From positions 372,124 through 436,123 of the forward strand of contig NW_004797880.1 of assembly GCF_000002075.1 (NCBI RefSeq): a stretch of 64,000 bases of DNA. The letters are read 5' to 3'. Below the pieces are notes generated by a model. That model was not told where the DNA came from, searched no databases, and saw nothing but the letters and a program-made list of their open reading frames with translations. The DNA comes from Aplysia californica (taxonomy: Eukaryota). Of this stretch, positions 42,401 to 54,400 are shown in pieces; position 1 is the stretch's first letter, and every line of letters starts with the position of its first letter. The translations under genes and the position numbers were made by a program.

Positions 42401-45400
42401 TTAGTCCTGCTGCTATTAAATTGTGGACATCCCTCTAAGTTTTAAGAATAATTTTAAAAATATGAAATTAGTAAAGCACTTGAGGGTTTGATCCATTACT
42501 CGTGCTTTGTGAATGTGAGGGTAAAGTTGAATCTCATTGAGGAAGTTACCTGGGTATGGTAAAGCAAACCTTGGAATACCTCTGTTGTTTTCCTGTTGGC
42601 AATTTTTATTTATTTTGTTTGTTTGGGTTGTTGTTGTTTTACACAAAGTAATTACATTGCAGAAAGTGATGCATCAGGCTGGCTTTTCTCTTTCTACTGC
42701 AGCTTTCTAAATGAAAGTCTAATCAATGATTGAGAATTTGTGTGTTTTCAAGGATATTTTTTCCCCTTCTGTCCTCAGTGTCTGCCACTGCCTTCTACAA
42801 AGAACAACCAGTTATTGAGTTTATGTGTGAAGTGCTGGATTTGCCAGATATCAGCGAACAGAAGCGGCCTCTGGCAGATTCACAACGAGTCAAATTTACG
42901 AAAGAAATCAAAGGTAATTATTTTTAAAGGCACCAAGATTTTAGGAAATTGCATGTCAGTCAAGGAATAAAATAGCTAAAATATTATTTTTGTGTGATCC
43001 ATAATTGAATTTGATGTTTATTCACCACTTCCGTTTTTCTGACCATGCAGAGTTAGATTGCTAGTTCTTCTGCTTTATTATATGCTCACTAGAGTGGAGG
43101 TGATTTCCAATTTGGTTGTTTGTACTTCTCTCTCTGGTTATGTATTGTAAATATTTTTATGCCGTCTAAATGCTGTAGGATGTTCTTGATGTCGATGAGT
43201 ACAGCAATGTTTTGGTATGAGTTTAGACTAGAATACTTTGAAAGCTTTGGGGTAAAAAAATTTGTCTTGATTTGTTCCTTAGCCATTGTATGTACGACCC
43301 TACTTTTGCTGTATTTAAAAGAAAAATGAATAAATAATTCATATCAGTTTAATATGCCATTATAGCTGCTTAGAATTTAGAACCCAGGTTTGATTTGATT
43401 CTTTATTCACTTAATATGCTGAGTGATAAAGCGATGGTTTCAATTGTTTGATTTGTGTGATTTCCTCCCCTCACCATAAATCAGGTCTTAAAGTGGAAAT
43501 CACCCACTGTGGTACGATGAGGCGCAAGTACAGAGTATGCAACGTCACAAGACGACCTGCTCAAACGCAATCGTAAGTTTGTCTTCATGTAGAGACGAGT
43601 GTAGGGGAACATTTTGCTTCCAAAATTTTTGTTGGGTTTGTGGTTGTGAGTTTGTCATGTACAGATGAGTGTAAAGCAACAATTTTCTTATTTTGTGTTT
43701 GGATGAAGAGAAAAGTATTGTGGAACAATTTGCATTTTTTCTTGTTTAGAATCGGGAGTTTGTCATTCATGGAAAGATGAATGTTGAGGAAAAATTTGAT
43801 TACCTCTTGTTTCAAATTGTGAATCTTTATGAAGACATGAGTGTAGAGTAACAATTTGATTTTTTCATGCAAAGAACTGTGAGGTTTTAATGTAGAGATG
43901 AGTGTAGAAGAACAATGTGGTTATTTCGTGTCTTGAGTTGTGAAATTTTGTCATCTAGTCTAGAGATAAGTATAGCAAAACACATTGATTATTTCTTGGG
44001 TGAGTTTGTAGAATTAGCACGGTTATTCTGTGTTTGATGCTGTGAAACTCTCTGTCTCTCTCTCTCTCTTTGTTTTTCTCTCTCCCTCCCCTCCCCCGCT
44101 CCATCTCCATCTCTCTCTTTACCTCCTTGCGTTTATACTTTTTAGGTAATAATTTATTTTGCTTCTCTTCATTTAGATTCCCCTTACAACTAAACACTGG
44201 TCAAACAATTGAATGCACCGTGGCTCGCTACTTCATGGAAAAGTACAAAATGAAATTACAGTGAGTATTGAAGATGTTTTTGTCCCCCAAAGCTTCTCTT
44301 TTAGTAGGCACCGGACTGAGGGTAAGGACTTTATTCTACAATGATTGAGCGTTTTTGTTTCTTTACTAAAAAGTTGGGGAGTTTGAATCCAGTAATTTCT
44401 CCCATAATTTGCTGTGGGTTGATAAGAGCGACAAAAGTATCAGATGTTGAAATGGGCCTCCCACAGCCAGAGAGATATCTGTGATCTTTATGCACAATGA
44501 TATTGCTAATTGGGCAATGGAATACCTAATAGAAAACAGTGACCCAATGATTTTTGTCAAGAAGGAGTCAAAATTCTTCCGGGCTTCAGGAGGTGTTTTG
44601 CGACCTTTTAGAAGATGTCTAGTATCGCTGTATGAAGAATAAACAAGAGAAAAGTATCAAGCTAATAACAATGTAGCTGCATAAGCTCCAGGGTTCCCAT
44701 GACTGATCTGAGAATTAAAGAGGAACATTTTTTAGGGCTGGGAGTGACCAGGGGCTTGGTGTAAGTAAGTCAGTGAAAGTAAGATTTTGTTATCCAAACT
44801 GAAGAACTACTTCCTTTATTTAGTATTACCTTCTGAAATATTGAACTGATTCAGTCAGGTATTATACAGACCCTCGACAATTTCAAAGAATGTTAGAAAG
44901 GTTTTGGTCTTGGTTGAAAATGATTTTAAACTGTATAAGCTGTATTTAATTTATGTTTAATCCTCCTCAGACATCCACATTTGCCTTGTCTTCAAGTGGG
45001 GCAGGAACAAAAACACACATATCTGCCTCTCGAGGTAAGCACAGTAAATTAGTAAGAATATTTCAGGATTTTCTATTATGGCCTACAGAAGGGGGGGGGG
45101 GGGGGGGGGGGGGTGTGACTGGTTTTACTAGATTGAACCTGAGTAAAATATAATGGGACATTCCAGGCCAGGTTGTTTCCAATTCTGGCCCTATTTTTTC
45201 TCTCCTTCTCTTATTTTTATTATTTTAAAAAATAATTAAGATTGATGTTTCAATATATTTGTCTTTCAGTCATACAGGGGCATATGGAAATCATTAAGTC
45301 TGTCCTGTAAAGGATTCCTTTTTTTCTTTCGCCCTTTAAAACAAAAATTCAAAGAGAAATGTAGTGAGAGTTCTTGTGTGATAGTTTATCCAGAATAACA

Positions 45401-48400
45401 CAGCGTTATTCTTTGACGTGTCACTTTATTTTAAACATTTATTGTTTTAAATGAATGAACGGACAATTTTGTTTGGATGCACATCCTTCATCGTGTACAC
45501 ACATTTCTTCCTTCTCTCCATCCACAGGTGTGTAACATAGTGGGAGGCCAGCGCTGCATCAAGAAGCTGACTGACATGCAGACATCCACCATGATCAAGG
45601 TCTCCCAAATGAGTCGTCTGTCTGACCCAGCATGCATTCCTAGGCTGCATTCCCCCCCCCCCCCTTTTTTTCCCCCTTCTTTTTTATAAAAAAAGTTTCT
45701 TCAGTTTTTCTCGAGGCTTTGTCAAGATATGTGGGAACAAAAACATTTTCTACTCATATAGACCCAGAACTGTGTGTGTTTAGTCCAAAAGCCCATAGAA
45801 GATGTTTTTATGATAAACAAAACATGCTTAGTAAATTTGAAGTTTGTCCAATGAAGTTTCTTGCTGCAGCTGTTATGTGTCAAAAGAACTTTCTAACCCT
45901 TCCTTGAACCTTGGCTCAAGAAAGTGTCATTGTTATGATCTTTAAAAAAACCCAGCCTGCGTCATTGTGGGAGAAGATAAAGCCTCAGCTTCTGTCTCTA
46001 CGCTGTGTGATTTGTGGACAGAATGCACAGTATGCTTCCCGAGAAGACAGAATAATGCTTCCCGAGAAGACAGAATATTTCAAAGTCATGTTGAGTACTT
46101 GTGATGTTGGCTTTTTCTATTCTTCTTCTTCTGATTTCTGAAGCAGCTCATATAGGTATTTTTATTTGTTAAGTTTTCTGAAATTTGAAATTCTCCCCCC
46201 ATTCTCTAGTTTTCTGTGCTAAATGGTTCTGGGGAATGTTAAAATCTTTTTCTCTCCCCTCTTTGTCCATGTGGAAAAGAAACTACCAAACTCTATAATA
46301 CGCTCTCAAGTCGGTCAGTTTCTAACATCTTCTGAAAGTTACTGGTGAAATAATGAGTGTGCGTTTCTCAGATCTCACCTTGGCTATCATGACTTTTCTC
46401 TATTGTAATGGGATAAAAGTTCTCTGCTTTCTCTGTGCTGTTCACAAATCACGGCAGCAAAGATTGACTGTGAGGAAATGCCTGGCTTTGTCAGATAGCG
46501 ACTCACTTGGTTCAGTTGTCCTTTGTGTCATTCAAGAGATTTTTTTTCTTTGCAAATTTGCACTAAATACAATACTGACTCTCAGAAGTAGTATTCATGC
46601 TCGTAGATTGCCAGAGGGATTATCGAGAGGAGAAAGGTCATCATGATATCGTTTTGTTTGTCGGTGACCTGTATTCATTTCAACTTGTAGATTGTTTAGA
46701 CTCCTGAGTATATTTTAGCAGCATTGTTCGAACTATTTGTCCAACAATACGTTTTCTATGTTCTTTGTATGGACAGTGTTTAATCATTTTTAGTGGATCA
46801 TTAACTAAGAAAATTGTAAAGACAAATGAAAGAAATTTGTCTAATATTAGTGTACAAAGAAGAATTTTCCTGTCATGGACATTTAAAGCAATATCAACAT
46901 AATATACCCTGGTAAGAATGAGATGCTGGAATAATTTAGAAGTAACAATAGTTTGGATAGAAATTCTAGTGATTCTGAGAGTCAGGATTGCTGTAAGAAT
47001 ATGTAATCTGTTGGTCTGTCCTCAAGCAGGTATGTCTTTATTCTATTTTCTGTAGTGCCTCATGCTTGCGTAGAGCAGCTACAGTTCCAATGCTTGTCAT
47101 CAGATTTGGCCAATTGGCTGGTAATGGGTTAAAAAAAAAGGGTTCCTGTTAGTCTTCCAATTGTAGAACAGATTTAGTTTCCCCTTCTTCACGAAGATAG
47201 GTGCTAGTAGCCTTGCTTTTTTTTTTTTTTTTTGTTTCCGTTTGTAGGTCATCTATTGCTCAATTCTATAGTTTTCTAGGATAAAAATGCACATTTCTAA
47301 AATGTATAAATTTGTCCTTTCCTCGAACTCATGGCGTACTGTAAGAGCATATGCTGTGACTACATTTCAGACAAGATGGCATTCAATTATTTGAACATTC
47401 AGTTCTCATTTTCAGTTTTCGCTCCCATTTGTGGTTAGGTTGCTACTTAGCATAGTTTTCCCTTTCTGCACATGCAATTCCCAAACCTTTCTGTGTATAC
47501 ATTTAGTATATATACAAATATATGTAGGCCTACTTGTTGTCCATACTTGTTTGGCAGCCTAGGAATGCATTTTGTGTCCTTTAAATTGAAAAGAAAAGGG
47601 GGATATCTGTTTCCATTTGAGAAAGCCCTAGCATTACTCAGTATCATAAAATGCACATAGACTGTCAAAAAAGGAGTGCCTTGTGGAAGGAATGATAATG
47701 GAGGCCGTAAGATGTTGTTGGTTTAGTGGTAGTACTGTTAAGTTGATAGTTTGGGAGATTACAAGTTTAGTACATGAAATAAAGGCCTTAAAGTTAATAG
47801 TTCGCTTGTTTTGGGGTTTTAAAAATATTTTTATAGAGAAAACTGTGTCCAAATCTTTGGTAATGAGACTTTCAATTAAAGATTTGTACATTTTCTTTCA
47901 AATTAAATTGCCTAGCGGAGTTTAAGTCTGAGTCCCCTTTTTCTTTTCTGTGTTATTTAAAGTTTCTTATGTTAGATCAGATACTTAGATACTTGCTAGT
48001 TTGCTGTCAGTTCACAGGACTAGATTCTGTTGTTCACATAAATCCCAAGTGGTAGGTATGAATAGTTGTTTTAGTGTCATCTGAATTAATAAATAGAACA
48101 CTACAATGTTTAGCTCAGTTGGTGGTGTTATGCTAAATTATAATAATGCTGATGGCCCAGTTTTGATTCCTTTGTGGGGCATTTTTTAACTAGAGTTGTT
48201 TGGGCAGGTTTTTTTTTGGCTCTCCACCCTCTCAGCTTGGTTTTAAAGTGGACAGGCATTAAAATTAGATGCCTTGCCTTTATCGACTTTACAGCAGTGA
48301 AAGTATTGTAAAGAAGAGTAAAGAAAACTTTGCCCTTCCCATTTACAGAATATAATTGATATGGCACCAAATGGGTATATCTTTGGTCTATTCTTTAGAG

Positions 48401-51400
48401 AATGAGTTTATTTTTCATCTTTTTTCAGAGAAGGGTGGTTTTTTAAAATCTTCTATAAACCCGCCAGAAACCCTAAATCTTTGGTATTGATTTTAAATTT
48501 GTCAAATTGTGAACTTATGGTTACAATTAAGTGGAAGATTTGTGGACCATAGTTGGTTGTAAATGCTCTAAGCTGATTATGTTTACTCTTTCATTGTACA
48601 TATCATTGTTGCAACACCTACCTCTGCCCTTGTTTCCTTGAATCGTTGATATAGGTACTATTGACAGGTTAAATTTTGTTGCTTCCCATTAAATCAGCTA
48701 TTTTGTATTTCCTCCTCATCAGCTAGTCATCAGTATGTTCATGGTCTTTATCTTTTTCTGTAGTTCTTTGAGACGTATGGGAATTGGCTTCCCAAAGTGA
48801 CAAACTGTCTAAAGGAAGAGAATGTTTTAATTAAATGTTTTCGGTTCTAAAATGGCTAGAAAACAAGTGGCAGTAATTTGTGTACAGTTGAGCATGCTCT
48901 AAAAGGCCACCTGTTTAAGGCAAACTGCTGTTCAGACGCACCCCCTCGTGTACATTTTAAAAATAGAGTTACTTCTCTCCTCGACAATGGGTGGCTATCT
49001 TACAGAATTTCGACTGGGCACAAATTAAATTTGTAGTGAGTGTCAGCATGAGAGTAAACTGAGTCTTCTCCCTTTTCTTTATCTAGGCCACAGCGAGGTC
49101 AGCTCCAGACAGAGAGAAAGAAATCAACAATTTGGTAAGTTGTTGTCTTTGACACAGTTTCTTGTTACACTATTTTAGTTCTTTATTTGATGGGGTCAAA
49201 CTGATGGTTGGGTGTAAGACTGATAAACGTCAAAGTGAAAAATGAATAGTTTCTAAGTTAAATAGTTGTTATTGAAACTATGCTTTATGTCTTATTTTTC
49301 TTTTATGTGTTTGTTTTTATTCTTTTTCTTCTAAATTAAAAACAAAACAAAAACAACATTAAATGTCCCCAAAATTCTGGCGATTCATAGAAACAATATA
49401 TTTAAGATACTGAAGCCATAATAATCCTTCATAGTATTTTTCACCAATTAAGTAAAAAAAAAAGAAGAAGAATATTCCTGTGCAGTCATAAGACTTGGAT
49501 GAACAAAAGGAACAAATAAAAGGGAATATTGTTGCTTCGCTTGAAAAAAGGAATAACTGTTTGCCCTTGCTTTGCAGGGTTAGTGATAAACATTTTACTA
49601 TTATAGGAAATGAATGAACAAAGTAAAAGGAAAATGTTTGTAGATCCAGAATTTAGGGACGTTTTGCCCCTTTTATATTCTCTGTGATTACCACTTGTAT
49701 CTGATAAAGTCTTCTATGTTTTCTCAAGTACATTGCTAAATAGATACGAATGACTTGGATGTTTGATTGTTGCTGTAAAATGAACTTAACATTTCCTTTC
49801 AGATATCTGTACTGTTATTTTCATTGGAAGGCTGCATGTCATATTTCATCATATTTCAATGAATATTTGGATTTTTTATATATATGTGACATCAATTTTA
49901 TGATGCATACGGTTTATTGTGTGACAGTGTCTTTTTGAATAATCCTGTTTTTGTTTTGCTTTAGTGTGAAAATGACTGGTGGAAGTAATGGAATTTTGTT
50001 TTTCTACAGAAATGTTTATTCTATGGAAAGAGTTCTTGTGATGGTGAAAGTCTTGCAGGCTGGACTTTCTTTGAAATGGTCACAGCCAAATCAGTATACT
50101 ATTGATCATCTCAAATGTTTATAAAAATTGATTTTGAGACTTTTAGTAGAGCTGTTGCAATGTATTGGTAAACAGTGCACAAGGATTATCAGGAAATGAA
50201 GGCATTAGTGTGTAGGTTGTAAATGTGGAAATAACAAATGGTTCATTGTTTGAGTCAGAACAATGTGTTTCATGAGACTTCAAAAACAAATCCCAGTTTT
50301 ATGTTGTGAGTGTCATGGCATTGGATGATTGGTCTTCGTTTACAGCGCCAGTTTTTAAAAAAAACAATCTGTGATGTTGCAGCCTTTATTATTAAAAATT
50401 TTTCTGTGTTTTTAACTTGTTGTCCATCCATGTTAATGAAAGTAGAATCCTGACATTTGTTGGATGTGTAGTGTTTCTGCTGGCAGGTTTTTGGCAAGTG
50501 ATCGTGGTAGGTTTTGGTTTTTCAGACCTGTCAAGCACTCGTATAAAATCGTAGCTCTCTGATTTTCTTTTGCCTGTTGAAGAACCCCAGTCAGATTGAC
50601 ATAAAATCCAATTTTTTTCCCTGGAATTTAATTTCTGTGGGTGGTACACATCTTATCGTAAATGATATGAAACTACACAGGTTTTCTGCGACATATGCAC
50701 GACTTATTGTATGTCATGTGAAAATATACATTTTTATTAGTGTTTATTTACGATATACATTCATTTGCCACAGTCAGCTTATAAGGGAATCTAATATACT
50801 GGGGTTCTGCAGGCTCCGATATCCCCCCCCCCCAATTTTTAGTGAGGATTCTGAGGCAAACTCCCTGTTTTTGGTTATGGAGTGGTTGGCAGGTGTGATT
50901 CTTTACTTTTTTTGAGTAGGCATTATTTAGAAACAAGCACAGTCTGGTATCTTTGCGATGATTTAGTAGCAGTATGGCAAGATCAACATCAAATAGACAA
51001 ATTGACAGCTAGTTGCTTCAGGCAAAAGTGTGCTTAAAAATGATGTTAATACAACTCAAAAAAGCTTGAGCAGTAGATAAAGCAAACAATACAAAAGAAA
51101 TAGTGGTATGTGGGTAAAGCTAATAATACAGGGTTCTCAACCTTCTTTTGTCTTGTCACACCCTTTACCAGGCTCTTAAAAAGTAATTTCACTCAAGGCT
51201 ATGCAAGCTGTTATTTGCTGTGCTGTTACCAGCAACGGTTTATTTGATTGGACCTGAACTCATGCCCTAGCGTACTTTGCATTTCCCCTTCTGAGCATGC
51301 AATGTATATTTCAGCTTGCGGTGGAGCAAATTTAGCAGTCGAACCAAGCAAGCTAAGATACCTGTGGGTTAGGGGGCTCAAAGAGATAAGGACGACATAT

Positions 51401-54400
51401 TCATTCACATGGGCACAGGGCTAACTTTGTGTTAGCATCACTATGGATCACAGTGTGGATGACCCTATTTTGAATCCCAAAACTTTATCTCGATTGTTTA
51501 ATAGAGTTTTGAATGCCCGATACCTACTTAACTGGATCCTGTCGGAGATGGATGTTTGATTCAGAGGTCCAGGTCCTTCTGCTAAAATAATCAAGAACAT
51601 TTTTAAAAAGGGAATAGACCCATATCGATGTGTGCCATACAACGTTTTAATACTTAGTGTATTAGTTTTTTTCAAATAACAGTGGCTAATGGTATGTATT
51701 TCTTGTTAACCTGTTAAGTTTAAAAGCATTCCCTCCTGCTTCATGGTTGAGAACCCCCTCGCTTTATAGATTTAAGAGTAAGGAAAAAATGAGCGCAAGA
51801 GATTTGACGGATGCTCCTTCCCTAACAGGTGACCAAGGCCGACTTCAATAACGACATGTACCTGAAGACGTTCGGTATATGTGTCAATTACGACATGACT
51901 GAGCTCAAAGGCCGTGTTCTGCCTGCACCCAAGCTGCAGTACGGCGGCCGGGTAGGCCCAGATACTGATTCTCTTTGTCACGCCTCCCTTCTTTCTTATC
52001 TTCATCCTCCTCCTCCTTTCACGTTTTCAGTTTCATGTTGTGCCTGCTATGTGCCTCACTGGAACCTCCCATGTAAAACAACTCTGTACAGTCCTTATTT
52101 CCACCCCCCACCAACCTAGTGGAATAGTTAAGGAGAGACAGTCTTAACAACCTTTTTTTTTTGTTTTCTAGTTTTTAGCAGTTTGGGTCAAAACTTAAGC
52201 AAAACTCAGCCTTTTACTTACTATATTTTGTCATCATCTTTAAATTCCATTCTTTGAAAATTTACCTCACCGTCTCCTTTCATGGTCTAGACTTTTGTTT
52301 TCAGCACTCTACAAGTCTTGTGTGTGTGTGTGTTCATATGAACTTTGTTTTATCATGGTTTGTCTGGCTCTTATGTCCTTGATGGTGGTTGGTGGTTGCT
52401 TTGGTGCATACTGCGAGGTCTACTTTATTTCAGTGTTGCTCTCTCTCTTTTTTTTTTTTTTTTGAATGGGTCTGTTTCTGGAGAAGTGCTGACATCATTG
52501 TGCGGAGCCTATGTAAAACCAAACCACAGACTTGACAACTCTTCCTTATGTTTAGGGTTTATTTTAGTCAAACAAACAACAACAACAACAAAAAAGGGCT
52601 TTTTAAAAAAAGTGAGTGTTTTGTACTCCCTATTAGCATGTGTTGTGCATTATGTGTTTTCCTTGTGTTGTCCTTGACGACTATCTTGTTTTTTTTGTGA
52701 GAGAATTGTCCTAAACTATTTTAAAAAGGAAACTGTAGGTAGTTGGCATGCGATGGTTTGTAGTTTGTTTTTCTCCTTCTTTCCTATCAAACATCTTTTG
52801 TTCTTATGTCTACTCATCAGCATCTGTGGTGCAGTGGTTAAGCACTTGGCTGTCTGGCGCGAGAGACTCGAGTTTGATTCCTGACTGAGGAACATTTTTA
52901 TCACATGTTCTCGTCTCTCTGCTCGGATGTTGTTTCCCTCACAGTCTAAGTTGGCCCAGATGGGCAGCAGTCGAAGCCTGTGTCTTAAATGATTTTAATT
53001 GAGTCGATAGGGGTGTAAAGACACCAACATGAATTTTTAAAATATGTGAGGCATGGTGGTGAAATCAGGCACTCGTCAAAATAATGAAATCAGAGAAATC
53101 CTTCATTTCTTTGGTTTGTGGGCAATTTTTTTCTAGTTTTCTTCTTTTTTTTTTGGCTCAACACCTTTTATGTCCATTTAAAAACACATTTTAGTGTGGA
53201 TTTTACTGAAAAACATTGATCAAAAGCACCAAAAAATGTAAATTTTCAGTTTTCTAAGACTCTCAGATTATGGAAATACCAAACTTTGGCGGCCGTCTTC
53301 TCGCTAATTTTACCTCTGAAACCAGACGACCCTGACCTCCTTCAATCGCGGAAGGCAAATGAACAGTTTTCTTTTTTGTTACAATGAGAACTGTGGTATT
53401 CAAGACATTTAATCCGTAATTCCGAAATTCAGAGAGACAGAAACCTGTTTAATCATACGTAGCATTTGCGCTGCTCCAGTGCACACTCAGCAACACACCT
53501 ACACCCCTCCTAATCTTACCCTCCCCATAACATACTGCATGTGGTTTTTTTTCTTTCCTTTTCCAATTTTGAACAATGGCCACTGTGTCAGTGTCTATCA
53601 TTGCATATTCTGCCCTCACATTTAACCATCTTCCGAACAATGGGTCATTTAAATAATCACTGATTGGTGTCATCTCTCGTTATATATCTGTTTAGTTCCT
53701 TGATTTTTTAAAGTTTGGTTTAAACACCCTCTCACTAATATTCCTTTGAGTGGGCTCACATTAGCAAGTGGCTTTTGTGTTATTTTTGTGGTCTGTTTAT
53801 GAGTGTGGTTTTTCACAGGTCCGAACTAAATTGTGTTTGTACGTGTTTCATGTTTGAGAACTCCCCGGAACGTGTGTGTGTGGTTGGTAGCTCTACTTGG
53901 GTGTTCCTGTAGGAAATAACAATTCCCCAGGAACCGGTGATGTGTAGGGAAAAGCGTCCGTCGTGTGCTTTACTTATTGGCCAAGGAAACAATGTGCACC
54001 GTTGCAAGCTGTGTGAGAGAATTGATCTTGCTCACCAACTGTTTGACAGTTTTCAGATCTTGCCAAGAACCTGCCTTCTTTCAGATTCTGACCTTTTGTC
54101 TGTTTTTGGACCCAGCAGCTTTCAAGCGCGAAAATTTCTCATCACAAAGTGTTTTTTTTTCTCCAGAGCTGCGGGCAACACTGTTCACTTGGTTGTCCCG
54201 GAAATATGCACAGGTTTTTGTGCAGTCGGCAGAATATCTCAGGGGCTCATGTCTTCTCACTCATCTCATTCATTTTTTTTTCCACCACGGTCATGTGCCT
54301 GCTTCATGGCTGGCCGGTCCTTCTCTTTTTCTTTTGCCCCCCAAATTAGATCCGTAAGGCCAACTTCAATGCTGACCCCTATCTCCAAACCTTCGGCATC

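Noticed and set aside
44366-44620. Possible transposase/protease remnant on the minus strand (..NHWVTVF*)
   Set aside because: Too short and interrupted to assign
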